A stretch of DNA of 64,000 nucleotides. Origin: Candidatus Omnitrophota bacterium (GTDB lineage Bacteria; Omnitrophota; Omnitrophia; Omnitrophales; JACROU01). The translations under genes were made by a program, and so were the position numbers. The stretch is from contig JAJDCD010000025.1 in the NCBI GenBank assembly GCA_029261035.1, positions 2,926 through 66,925 of the forward strand, written 5' to 3'. Positions 20,510 through 29,368 of the stretch are shown in pieces. Within the stretch, counting starts at the first letter, position 1. Every line of letters starts with the position of its first letter. Below the pieces are notes generated by a model. The model worked only from the letters and a program-made list of their open reading frames with translations. It was not told the origin of the DNA and ran no database searches.

Positions 20510-20679
20510 TTGTGTTTTTCGTGTAGCGAAAGAGCTACGAAGGCATGGATGCTAAGTGCCGATTTTATGCCATGGATGGCATGCTTTTTATCGGCCACCC
20601 GCCTCTCTCTTCACTACCGGGTACTACAAAATCGCTTATTCTTCTAAATCTCAACCTTACGCCTCTATTGCTAAACCAC

Positions 20680-21036
20680 CTATTCTTTCTCATACTCACA
20701 AGTAACCGTCGTATGAATTCCGCCTCTTACAAGAAACTCCCCACAAACTTCCATATATCTAGGTTTAATTGCTTCTACTAAATCATCCAATATCTTATTC
20801 GTAACAGCCTCATGAAAAGCCCCCTCATTCCTATAGGACCAAAGGTACAGCTTAAGAGACTTCAACTCAACACACAATTTATCGGCAGTATAGCTAATAT
20901 ATATAGTAGCAAAATCTGGCTGTCCTGTTTTAGGACAAACACAAGTAAATTCAGGACATTCAAACTCTATTGTATAGTCCTTCTCTGGGTTCGGGTTCTC
21001 AAATGTATCTAATTCTTTGCTTGGCTTTGTAGACAA
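20680..21036 (-). CDS. queF: NADPH-dependent 7-cyano-7-deazaguanine (preQ0) reductase QueF, type I
   Basis: 118 aa. [24 protein letters not shown]... and [21 protein letters not shown] match the QueF catalytic Cys and the QueF motif. Confidence 0.85.
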   Translation of the reverse strand: MSTKPSKELDTFENPNPEKDYTIEFECPEFTCVCPKTGQPDFATIYISYTADKLCVELKSLKLYLWSYRNEGAFHEAVTNKILDDLVEAIKPRYMEVCGEFLVRGGIHTTVTCEYEKE

Positions 21037-21064
21037 AACACATCACCTATCTATTATTATCAAA

Positions 21065-21140
21065 TGGAGCTGGCAGAGGGAGTCGAACCCACGACCTACT
21101 GATTACAAATCAGTTGCTCTACCAACTGAGCTATGCCAGC
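21065..21140 (-). tRNA. tRNA-Thr (anticodon TGT), CCA encoded
   Basis: Reverse complement: GCTGGCATAGCTCAGTTGGTAGAGCAACTGATTTGTAATCAGTAGGTCGTGGGTTCGACTCCCTCTGCCAGCTCCA. Confidence 0.85.
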
Positions 21141-21209
21141 ATCCGGTTTGTTACATAGCTCATTTACAACTGATAATCAAGTTGCTCCCTGCCTACCGGC
21201 AGGTAGGTA

Positions 21210-21232
21210 CCAACTGAGCTATGCCAGCTTCA
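21210..21232 (-). other. Direct duplicate of the first about 22 nt of tRNA-Thr (GCTGGCATAGCTCAGTTGGTA), located 70 nt upstream of the intact tRNA and followed by unrelated sequence with a hairpin (cctacctgccggtagg). A tRNA fragment or recombination scar
   Basis: Exact match of accaactgagctatgccagc to the 5' part of tRNA-Thr at 21121..21140. The fragment overlaps the last 4 codons of the adjacent GIY-YIG ORF. Confidence 0.6.
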
Positions 21233-21464
21233 TATTTCTAATCTTCTCTTTAATCAATTCTCTACCACAACCTGATTTGTAATACTTTTCCCGTTCTCTA
21301 GCTTTTTCTCTATCCTTAACCTGTTCAGTAAAGATCAACTCAAAGGGCCGTCGATTCTTTGTCGACTGAGTCATACCCAAATTATGGTGTTTTAATCTCT
21401 TTTGAGGATCTTCAGACATTCCAATATAAAGGAATTCGTCTTTCGTGCTTCTTAACGCATACAC
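21219..21464 (-). CDS. Small GIY-YIG domain nuclease-family protein
   Basis: 81 aa. MYALRSTKDEFLYIGMSEDPQKRLKHHN has the GIY...YIG spacing with a downstream R/E. Tiny GIY-YIG proteins are often tRNA-adjacent. Confidence 0.7.
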   Translation of the reverse strand: MYALRSTKDEFLYIGMSEDPQKRLKHHNLGMTQSTKNRRPFELIFTEQVKDREKAREREKYYKSGCGRELIKEKIRNMKLA

Positions 21465-21541
21465 ATAGAAGCCTATATGTACCTCACCTCATAAGCCGCG
21501 TATTGTACCTAAAAATGGTTGAAAAATAAAGGGGGAATATT

Positions 21542-22402
21542 TCAATTTCTTAACTTCTGAAAGGCTCTAGGTAAAAGATCCAAGATATCGCTAGGAACAA
21601 GAGAAATAACTCCTTTTTCCTTCTTGGCTAAATCACCCGCAAAACCATGAATGTATACTCCAACTTTAGCTGCATCGAATGGCTTTAATCCTTGAGCCAG
21701 CAAAGATGCAATAACTCCTAGAAGAATATCGCCACTTCCCCCCGTCGCCATTCCAGGATTGCCCGTTCGGTTTATACTGACTCTCCCTCCTGGGTCAGCA
21801 ACAACCGTTTGATGTCCTTTCAAAACTACCGTGGCACCATATTGAGAAGCTATCTTTTTTGCAGCATTCTTTCTTTGAACATCTGACTGAATAGGAATAT
21901 TCTTAAATAATCTTTTGAACTCTCCTGGGTGTGGTGTAATAATCAAAGGAACCTTGATTTGTTTTAAGACATTCACATTGCCACTAAAAGCATTTAATCC
22001 ATCAGCATCTAGAACTAAGGGAATAGCACAGAATAGAGCTACTCTTCGTATCAAAGACTGCGTTCCCTTTTCCTGGGATAATCCTGGCCCTATCCCTAAA
22101 ACATCTTTTTTCTTTAACAGTTGTTTTATTTTGGGGTATGCAGAAATACTCAACGAACCTGTCTTAGATTCTGGAAGAGGATGAACCATAATTTCAGGAT
22201 ATCTTTTTAATATAAGAGCTGCAGATGATTCAGGAACCCCTAAAGAAATAAGACCGACTCCTGAACGAAGAGCTGCTACAGCAGATAAGAGCGCCGCTCC
22301 CGTCATTGTTCGAGAACCTGCAATAATACACAAATGCCCAAATTGGCCTTTATGAGCTTTTATCCCTCGATGGGGTAAATAAGATTTTATCTGCTTCTTC
22401 AT
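21542..22402 (-). CDS. ADP-dependent NAD(P)H-hydrate dehydratase (YjeF C-terminal domain, Nnr)
   Basis: 286 aa. KGQFGHLCIIAGSRTMTGAALLSAVAALRSGVG and GGSGDILLGVIASLLAQG are typical of the YjeF_C carbohydrate-kinase fold. Confidence 0.8.
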   Translation of the reverse strand: MKKQIKSYLPHRGIKAHKGQFGHLCIIAGSRTMTGAALLSAVAALRSGVGLISLGVPESSAALILKRYPEIMVHPLPESKTGSLSISAYPKIKQLLKKKDVLGIGPGLSQEKGTQSLIRRVALFCAIPLVLDADGLNAFSGNVNVLKQIKVPLIITPHPGEFKRLFKNIPIQSDVQRKNAAKKIASQYGATVVLKGHQTVVADPGGRVSINRTGNPGMATGGSGDILLGVIASLLAQGLKPFDAAKVGVYIHGFAGDLAKKEKGVISLVPSDILDLLPRAFQKLRN

Positions 22403-22426
22403 TCCTTTTCCTTACTATCATCTGTC

Positions 22427-22462
22427 ATTGCGAGACAGCTACAAATGAGTCGTGGCAATCTC
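22427..22462. repeat. Intergenic repeat family 3, copy 1: cattgCGAGACagCTAcAAATGAGTCGTgGCAATCTC
   Basis: Near-identical about 37 nt also at 56370..56406 (catttCGAGACtaCTAtAAATGAGTCGTaGCAATCTC). Both are intergenic within minus-strand operons. Confidence 0.55.
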
Positions 22463-22565
22463 AGGTATCAATATCTGAGATCCTTCGTCCGCACTTGGCC
22501 GTGCTTCCTCAGGATAAATTCGTACGGACAACTTGAGTCTCACTGTGTGAGCCTAAGTTGTGTAC

Positions 22566-23285
22566 TCATTTATTTTTAATAATTCGGACCATATCCTTTA
22601 CGGCTTGTTTCATTCCAACAAATACCGCTCTTGCAACAATACTATGTCCTATGTTTAATTCTTCTATATATGGGACTTCTTGACAAATTTGCTGTGTATT
22701 TTCATAATTCAAACCATGCCCCGCATTCACTCCTACTCCTAAAGAGTACGCAAGCTCTGATCCTATTCTAAGACGCTTAACTTCTTTGTTTCTATTCGAT
22801 TTTGACTTAGCATTTGCATACACTCCAGTATGAAGCTCTATATAATTCGCTCCTACTTTCTTAGCTGCTTTTATTTCTTTCTCTATAGGGTCAATAAATA
22901 AACTGACCACAATTCCTTTTTTCTTTAATTGGCTCACGACCTTATCGATCTGCTTCATTTGCTTGCTTACAGCTAAACCACCTTCTGTTGTTAACTCTTG
23001 TCTTTTTTCAGGAACCAAACATACTTTTTCTGGCTTTATCCTTAAAGCAATCTTTACTATTTCACTTGAAGCAGACATTTCTAAATTAAGAGGAAAAATT
23101 TTTTTGTTTAAAAGAAAAACATCTTTATCCTGTATGTGACGTCTATCCTCACGTAAATGAACTGTTATACCATGAGCCCCTCCACCCAAAGATTCTAGAG
23201 CAGATTGTAATACATCTGGTTCATCCGCAAGCCTCGCTTGTCTAAGAGTAGCTATATGATCTATATTCACACCAAGCTGAATCAT
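22566..23285 (-). CDS. pdxJ: Pyridoxine 5'-phosphate synthase PdxJ
   Basis: 239 aa. MIQLGVNIDHIATLRQAR...EPD is the canonical PdxJ N-terminus. Confidence 0.9.
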   Translation of the reverse strand: MIQLGVNIDHIATLRQARLADEPDVLQSALESLGGGAHGITVHLREDRRHIQDKDVFLLNKKIFPLNLEMSASSEIVKIALRIKPEKVCLVPEKRQELTTEGGLAVSKQMKQIDKVVSQLKKKGIVVSLFIDPIEKEIKAAKKVGANYIELHTGVYANAKSKSNRNKEVKRLRIGSELAYSLGVGVNAGHGLNYENTQQICQEVPYIEELNIGHSIVARAVFVGMKQAVKDMVRIIKNK

Positions 23286-23357
23286 TGTTTTCCTTTGTTA
23301 ACTTACAGATTCTTAGGAGTATAACGAAGAAGAATCTCTTAAACTCAATACCTTCCG

Positions 23358-24296
23358 CTACCTTTTTACTTCTTCCATGATGACACGAATAATAGGAGAT
23401 TCTCCCTTTAACGATATTTCTTCTGGAAGATTTAACTTCAGCTCAAGCTCGTACTTTCCCTTTTTTAAACCAGAAACATCGACATAAGATATAAAGTCTT
23501 CTTCCTTTAAATCTTCTAATGCTCTTAAAGGTCCTTTTAATTCAATATTTATTTTTGAAGGATCTAAGTAAATGGAAAAGGTCTTCTCTGGAATTCCAAG
23601 AACTCGAACAACTATATTCTCATAGGTTTTTGAAGAAAACTGCTCAACCAATGGAACTAAAACTTCTACAGATTCATGATTAACAGGTTTAACAGAATGA
23701 GATTTAAAATCAATTTTAATCTTTTTCTTGAATGATCGAATACGACCAACAATATCAATAGGTTCTGTCTGAATCACTTCCAACTCTTCAAGTCTTGATT
23801 GAGCCCCCTGAACCAAAACAACATTAGGGTCTATTAATATTTCAGACTCTATATAAGAAAAGCCTGTAGCAGGTTCCCCTTGAATATTTGGAATAACTTT
23901 CAACTTTTTAGTCACACGCTGATCTAACGTGACTCTAAAAGTTCTTGGGTATATTTCTTGTATGCGAACATTGCTTGAAGGTAATTGAAAATTCTCACGG
24001 CCAACTTGAAAACTATATTCTCCGCTTTCAACGCCATAATCCACTTGGTGATTGGCTCTTATATCTTGAGAAGACAACAAGTTGATATCACTTTTAGGGC
24101 CCTGAAAAACAACTCTCAAAGACTGAGTTACTCCTTTAGTTAAAATCATATTTTCGTTTTTAACATTAATATCTAAAGGAACTCTTAAGGTAATTTGCTC
24201 CGTGCCTTCTCCGCTCGCATAAAACCAAACAACCATGGCTATGATTAATGAGACTATTTTTAGACCCCAGTTTTGGACTAGCCAACTAACGTTCAT
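23358..24296 (-). CDS. cdaR: YbbR-domain protein CdaR, regulator of diadenylate cyclase
   Basis: 312 aa. N-terminal TM helix, YbbR-like repeats, and it is translationally coupled (overlaps) with the upstream cdaA. Confidence 0.7.
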   Translation of the reverse strand: MNVSWLVQNWGLKIVSLIIAMVVWFYASGEGTEQITLRVPLDINVKNENMILTKGVTQSLRVVFQGPKSDINLLSSQDIRANHQVDYGVESGEYSFQVGRENFQLPSSNVRIQEIYPRTFRVTLDQRVTKKLKVIPNIQGEPATGFSYIESEILIDPNVVLVQGAQSRLEELEVIQTEPIDIVGRIRSFKKKIKIDFKSHSVKPVNHESVEVLVPLVEQFSSKTYENIVVRVLGIPEKTFSIYLDPSKINIELKGPLRALEDLKEEDFISYVDVSGLKKGKYELELKLNLPEEISLKGESPIIRVIMEEVKR

Positions 24297-25077
24297 TTCT
24301 AAACCCCTTAATTAAATCTATAAAAGAAAGCTTTCTCACTTTAGGCTTAATTAGATTCCTCATGACTCTTTTTAAAGCTTCTCCATCTAAATTACGTGTC
24401 AGTTTTCCGTTTATAGAAACAGAAATTCCTCCTGTTTCTTCAGAAACAACAATACACACAGCGTCCGTCTCTTCCGTAATTCCAATAGCAGCCCGATGCC
24501 TCGTTCCAAGAGCACGGCTGACATTCGTATTTAGGGTTAATGGGAATAAAGATCCGCAAGAAGCAACACGATTCTCAATAATAATGACCCCCCCATCATG
24601 AAGAAGAGATTGAGGATGAAATAAAGTCAGTAATAAATCTGAGGATACTTCGCTGTCTAAAGAAACTCCACTTTCCACATAATTTCTAAGCCCCAAGTCT
24701 CTTTGGATTGCAATCAAAGCGCCAATTTTTTTTTCAGACAAAAGAACGCAAGCATTTACAATTTCATCAAGAATGCCTCCCTCTTTAGCCATGGAACTTA
24801 ACATGGCATTTTGTCCCAATCGAGCAAGCCCTCTTCTAAGTTCTGGCTGAAAAATAATGAGAAGAGCAATAACACCAATAGCTAACAACCTCTCAATTAG
24901 CCACTTGATACTTTGTAATCCTAAGAGATTAGCAAACTCAAATACCAAAAGGAAAAGGATCAATCCCATAAGAACCTGTACCGCTCTAGTCCCTTGAACT
25001 AAACGGAACAGAACATATATGATCCACCAAATAATGGAAATTTCTAAGATAGGTCTCCAGAGGGAAAATAAATCCAT
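24286..25077 (-). CDS. cdaA: Diadenylate cyclase CdaA (DisA_N/DAC domain, 3 TM helices)
   Basis: 263 aa. Three N-terminal TM segments, then a DAC domain: DGGVIIENRVASCGSLFPLT...GTRHRAAIGITEETDAVCIVVSEETGGISV. Confidence 0.85.
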   Translation of the reverse strand: MDLFSLWRPILEISIIWWIIYVLFRLVQGTRAVQVLMGLILFLLVFEFANLLGLQSIKWLIERLLAIGVIALLIIFQPELRRGLARLGQNAMLSSMAKEGGILDEIVNACVLLSEKKIGALIAIQRDLGLRNYVESGVSLDSEVSSDLLLTLFHPQSLLHDGGVIIIENRVASCGSLFPLTLNTNVSRALGTRHRAAIGITEETDAVCIVVSEETGGISVSINGKLTRNLDGEALKRVMRNLIKPKVRKLSFIDLIKGFRNER

Positions 25078-25183
25078 AATAAAGTTAAGGTACTCCTAAT
25101 TTAAAGAAATAGATATCAGTTATCAGACATCAGAATAAAGGAAGTGTATGATGAAAAATTTATTGCTTTGTAAGCTTAAATTT

Positions 25184-26200
25184 CTAAAGTAAGTTTTCTT
25201 GTTTTTTGTTTGATTTCATTTGCATGTGTTCATAAGCTAACTTGGTAACAACTCTTCCAGATTGAGTTCTCTTAATAAATCCTCTTTGAATTAAGTAAGG
25301 CTCATAAATCTCTTCTAACGTTTCAGCCTCTTCCCCTACAGCAACAGCCAAAGTTCCAACCCCTACAGGACCTCCTTCAAACTCATTCATAATATAACTC
25401 AATATCTTTCGATCCATCATATCCAAACCTTCATGATCTACTTCCAACATTTGAAGAGCGTCATCTGCTACTTTCTTAGTAATAACACCATCTGCTTTTA
25501 CTTGGGCAAAATCACGTATTCTCTTTAGTAATCGATTCGCAACACGAGGAGTTCCCCTAGAACGCCTAGCGATTTCTTCACTTCCTTCTGCATCTAATTG
25601 CACATTCAATATTTGAGCCGAACGCTTTACAATCTGAGCCAATTCTTTTGATTCATAGAAATTAAGTCTTTCAACAATACCAAAACGAGCTCTTAAGGGT
25701 GAAGTTAACAGACCTGTCCTTGTAGTTGCTCCAATTAAAGTGAATTTGGGTAAATTAATTTTCACAGAACGAGCACTAGGACCTTTATCAATCATAATAT
25801 CCAGAAAGTAATCCTCCATCGCCGGATACAAATATTCTTCAACAACAGAGCCTAAACGGTGAATTTCATCAATGAAAAGAACATCCCCTTCTTCAAGATT
25901 GGTTAAAAGCCCAGCCAAATCTCCAGCTCTCTCTAGAACAGGCCCTGAAGAAGTTTTAATATTAGCTCCCATCTCCTTAGCAATAATATGTGCCAAAGTT
26001 GTCTTTCCCAAACCTGGAGGACCAAAAAACAGAGTATGATCTAATGGTTCTTTTCTCTTTAACGCGGCTTCAATATAAACAGATATATTTTCTTTGATTT
26101 TGGATTGCCCTACAAAATCATTAAGACATGGGGGACGTAAATTAATATCTAAATCCATGTCTTCATCTTTAAATTCATTTGAAAGTACCCGATCGTCCAT
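25184..26200 (-). CDS. ruvB: Holliday junction branch migration ATPase RuvB
   Basis: 338 aa. Walker [25 protein letters not shown], and a RuvB C-terminal winged helix. Confidence 0.95.
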   Translation of the reverse strand: MDDRVLSNEFKDEDMDLDINLRPPCLNDFVGQSKIKENISVYIEAALKRKEPLDHTLFFGPPGLGKTTLAHIIAKEMGANIKTSSGPVLERAGDLAGLLTNLEEGDVLFIDEIHRLGSVVEEYLYPAMEDYFLDIMIDKGPSARSVKINLPKFTLIGATTRTGLLTSPLRARFGIVERLNFYESKELAQIVKRSAQILNVQLDAEGSEEIARRSRGTPRVANRLLKRIRDFAQVKADGVITKKVADDALQMLEVDHEGLDMMDRKILSYIMNEFEGGPVGVGTLAVAVGEEAETLEEIYEPYLIQRGFIKRTQSGRVVTKLAYEHMQMKSNKKQENLL

Positions 26201-26225
26201 AAATTATCCTTTGTCTATTAGTGCA

Positions 26226-26347
26226 TAGCGGGTAGCGTTTAGCGAATAGATTTTGGCCACCCTCATCCTAACCTTCTCCCTCCACCGGAGGGAGAAGGAA
26301 ATAAAGATAAAAGACCTATCCGCTCCACGCTCCACGCTATCCGCTAT
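26226..26347. repeat. Intergenic nested-palindrome element family 1, copy A, between ruvB and ruvA. Outer imperfect inverted repeat (tagcgtttagcg ... cgctatccgcta) around a perfect 12-bp hairpin ccttctccctcc-accg-ggagggagaagg
   Basis: The same about 125-bp architecture recurs at 27489..27615 and 28376..28500. The shared core is ccaccctcatcctaacctt(c)ctccctcc...ggagggagaagg. Confidence 0.7.
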
Positions 26348-26348
26348 T

Positions 26349-26948
26349 TTATATATTTTTCAGAGATTCTTTTAGTAGCTCTTCAACAGAAATATCTTTC
26401 CCTTGCTTCTCAATAACTTTACGCATTGCTTTATCTGCCTCTACTCTTTTGTACCCCAATTGAGTTAATGCGGCTAAGCCTACGTTGAAAACTTCGTCAA
26501 CATGAGAGCCTGGCTTTAACAGCTTATCTCTTTGGATCTTTCCATCCACAACAATTTTTTCTTTTAATTCCACAATCAACCGTTCGGCTGTTTTCTTACC
26601 AATCCCTGGAATTTGTGTCAAAAAGCTAACATCTTCACTCACCAAAGCCGATTTAATTTCAATCGCTTCAAAACTGGACAACATAGCTAAAGCCACCTTA
26701 GGTCCAATCCCAGAAACAGACAATAACACTCTGAATAATTCTTTTTCATCCTTTGTAAAGAAACCAAACAGTTGCTGGTTATCTTCCCGAACGTGAAAAT
26801 GAATTTGAAGCTTCACTTTATCATTCAGCTCAGGTAAGTTCTGAAATGTAGAAAGAGGTATAGATATTTCGTACCCTAAACCACCCACATCCAAAACGAT
26901 AGAAGTTGGCTGCTTCACAGTTAAAATTCCAGAAATATAATTAAACAT
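26349..26948 (-). CDS. ruvA: Holliday junction DNA helicase subunit RuvA
   Basis: 199 aa. MFNYISGIL...VGGLGYEI, and the HhH motif GIGPKVALAML. Confidence 0.9.
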   Translation of the reverse strand: MFNYISGILTVKQPTSIVLDVGGLGYEISIPLSTFQNLPELNDKVKLQIHFHVREDNQQLFGFFTKDEKELFRVLLSVSGIGPKVALAMLSSFEAIEIKSALVSEDVSFLTQIPGIGKKTAERLIVELKEKIVVDGKIQRDKLLKPGSHVDEVFNVGLAALTQLGYKRVEADKAMRKVIEKQGKDISVEELLKESLKNI

Positions 26949-26958
26949 AGAATCCCTT

Positions 26959-27471
26959 TTATTTTAAATTAAGAACTACTTCTTTACTCTCTCTAAGAGA
27001 CTTCATTTGATGATTTTGATAATGACAAAATGCAATTGCAAGAGCATCTGCAGTATCAGGAAGCGGTGTTTGTTTAAGCTCTAATAAACTACGAATCATA
27101 AACTGAACTTGATTTTTCCCCGCTCTACCATTACCACAAACAGCTTGTTTCACTTTTGTTGGAGCATACTCACTAATAGGAATAGAATGCTGTGAAGCAA
27201 CTAGCATAGCAATCGCTCTAGCCTCACCTATCTTTATTGCTGCTTTAGCATCTTTACTGAAGAACACATTTTCAACAGCAAATTGTTCAGGGCGGAAAAT
27301 TTGAAAAACTTCTGACAAAGCATCAAAAATAAATTTTAGTCGTTCTGGAAGAGGTTGATGAGCGCGCGCTTTAATCGTTTCGGCATGAATCAACTGAACT
27401 TTCTTCGATGATGTTTCTATAATCCCAACACCCATTCGAATTGTTCCAGGATCAATGCCAACTATCCTCAT
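26959..27471 (-). CDS. ruvC: Crossover junction endodeoxyribonuclease RuvC
   Basis: 170 aa. MRIVGIDPGT..GVGI, with catalytic D/E positions conserved. Confidence 0.9.
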   Translation of the reverse strand: MRIVGIDPGTIRMGVGIIETSSKKVQLIHAETIKARAHQPLPERLKFIFDALSEVFQIFRPEQFAVENVFFSKDAKAAIKIGEARAIAMLVASQHSIPISEYAPTKVKQAVCGNGRAGKNQVQFMIRSLLELKQTPLPDTADALAIAFCHYQNHQMKSLRESKEVVLNLK

Positions 27472-27488
27472 CGCTAACCCTCATTTAT

Positions 27489-27615
27489 TAGCGAATAGCA
27501 AATAGCGTTTAGCGGATAGTTTTCAACCACCCTCATCCTAACCTTCTCCCTCCACCGGAGGGAGAAGGAATAAAGACAAATAATCTATCCGCTCCACGCT
27601 ATGCGCTATACGCTA
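27489..27615. repeat. Intergenic nested-palindrome element family 1, copy B, between ruvC and yebC
   Basis: ttagcgaatagcaaatagcgtttagcggatag...ccaccctcatcctaaccttctccctccaccggagggagaagg...ctatccgctccacgctatgcgctatacgcta. Confidence 0.7.
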
Positions 27616-27616
27616 G

Positions 27617-28357
27617 TTACAAAAGTTCTTCCGGTATATCTATATTCGTGTATACATTTTGAACATCGTCTTGCTCTTCAAGGGCTTCCAACAAACCCAT
27701 AGCAGATTTAGCAGCACTTACTTCTACTTTAGACAAATCTTTTGGCAACATTGTTAAGACAGCGGTCTCAATTTTTAAATTAGCTTCCTCAATACCTTTT
27801 CTAACCAAATCAAAATCTTGAGGGTTGCAAGTAACTTCAAATTTATTGGTATCATTATCTTTGGTTAGGTCGTCCGCTCCCGCTCCAATCACAATCTCCA
27901 TAAGAGCATCTTCTTCACATACATCTCCAGGAATCACAAACAATCCCTTTTTTTCAAACTGCCAATTCACAGCTCCACTTCCTGCCATGTTTCCACCACG
28001 TTTACTAAAAATATTTCTAATTTCAGCAGCCGTTCTATTTTTATTATCTGTCAAACACTCTACCATTATCGCTACTCCACCAGCGCCATATCCTTCATAA
28101 ATAACTTCATCATAGACCACACCTTCAAGTTCTCCTGTACCCTTCTTAATTGCACGATCAATATTGTCTTGCGGCATATTGCTGGACTTCGCATTAGACA
28201 AAGCTAAACGCAATCTAGGGTTCATAGAGGGGTCTCCACCACCGTTACGAGCCGCTACAGTCAATTCTCTAATTAGCTTTGTGAATATTTTTCCTCTTTT
28301 AGCATCAACGATTGCTTTTTTATGCTTAATAGAAGACCACTTTGAATGTCCAGACAT
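27617..28357 (-). CDS. yebC: YebC/PmpR family DNA-binding transcriptional regulator
   Basis: 246 aa. MSGHSKWSSIKHKKAIVDAKRGKIFTKLIRELTVAAR is the canonical YebC N-terminus. Confidence 0.9.
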   Translation of the reverse strand: MSGHSKWSSIKHKKAIVDAKRGKIFTKLIRELTVAARNGGGDPSMNPRLRLALSNAKSSNMPQDNIDRAIKKGTGELEGVVYDEVIYEGYGAGGVAIMVECLTDNKNRTAAEIRNIFSKRGGNMAGSGAVNWQFEKKGLFVIPGDVCEEDALMEIVIGAGADDLTKDNDTNKFEVTCNPQDFDLVRKGIEEANLKIETAVLTMLPKDLSKVEVSAAKSAMGLLEALEEQDDVQNVYTNIDIPEELL

Positions 28358-28375
28358 AACTTCTCCTTTGTCGAT

Positions 28376-28500
28376 TAGCGTTTAGCGTTTAGCGGATAGT
28401 TTCAACCACCCTCATCCTAACCTTCCTTCTCCCTCCCTCGGAGGGAGAAGGAAGAAAAGACAAAAAATCTATACGCTAAACGCTCTACGCTCTACGCTAT
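28376..28500. repeat. Intergenic nested-palindrome element family 1, copy C, downstream of yebC. Its right arm overlaps the 3' end of folP. The central hairpin is extended to a 15-bp stem: cttccttctccctcc-ctc-ggagggagaaggaag
   Basis: tagcgtttagcgtttagcggatag...ccaccctcatcctaaccttccttctccctccctcggagggagaaggaag...ctatacgctaaacgctctacgctctacgctat. Confidence 0.7.
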
Positions 28501-29329
28501 TTCCATCTATTGCTTCAAAAACTTTAAATGCGTCTCGAAGCGCTTCTACATTATGAACCCTAAAAATACGGACGCCTTTTTGAAGACCCAACAAACAACT
28601 GGCAACGGTACCATAGTCTCTGTTCTGAGGTTCCTTGTTTAATATTTGACCTAAAAATGATTTTCTAGAAGTTCCTAACAAAATAGGTAATTTAAATTCA
28701 CTGAATTCTTCTAAGCGTTTTAAAATTTCGATGTTCTGCTCATAAGTCTTCGCAAATCCAATGCCGGGATCCAAGACTATATTCTCTAATGGAATATGTG
28801 CTAATTTTGCAATCTGAATACTTTCATCAAGCTCGCGCTTCACATCACAAACAACATCATTGTATGTCGTTTGGCTTTGCATATCTTGAGCATCGCCTCT
28901 GCGGTGCATCAAGACAACGCCTGCTTTATAATCACTAACAACAGCAGCCAACTCGGGGTCATCTTTCAAACCACTCACATCATTAACTACAGCAACCCCT
29001 CGTTTCAATGCCGCTAAAGCAACTTCAGAAGAAGTTGTATCAATCGATAAAGAGATAGAAACATTATCTTTAAGAATGTCTAAAACAGGTAATAATCTCT
29101 CTAATTCTTTCTGAGGCGTTATCGATTCTGCTCCTGGTCGAGTGGACACAGCCCCAAGATCAAGAAAATCAGCTCCATTCTTTTCTAATAAAAGAGCCTG
29201 TTCCAAAGCTCGTTTTGGATCTAGAAAATTACCCCCATCTGAAAAAGAATCAGGAGTCACATTAAGGACTCCCATAATTAATACTTTTTGAGAAAGATCA
29301 AACAAATGCTCACGAGCTTTGAAAATCAT
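28469..29329 (-). CDS. folP: Dihydropteroate synthase FolP
   Basis: 286 aa. ILNVTPDSFSDGG...DIGAVSTRPG (pterin-binding domain). The last about 10 codons (NSVERRAFSV) are encoded by repeat copy C. Confidence 0.9.
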   Translation of the reverse strand: MIFKAREHLFDLSQKVLIMGVLNVTPDSFSDGGNFLDPKRALEQALLLEKNGADFLDLGAVSTRPGAESITPQKELERLLPVLDILKDNVSISLSIDTTSSEVALAALKRGVAVVNDVSGLKDDPELAAVVSDYKAGVVLMHRRGDAQDMQSQTTYNDVVCDVKRELDESIQIAKLAHIPLENIVLDPGIGFAKTYEQNIEILKRLEEFSEFKLPILLGTSRKSFLGQILNKEPQNRDYGTVASCLLGLQKGVRIFRVHNVEALRDAFKVFEAIDGNSVERRAFSV

Positions 29330-29368
29330 ACCATTTCACCAAAGATCTGTTTAAAGCAAGCCTTAAAC

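Noticed and set aside
20545-21217. Small plus-strand ORFs (20545..20781, 20812..21012, 21017..21217)
   Set aside because: They are antisense to queF and tRNA-Thr. Artefacts.
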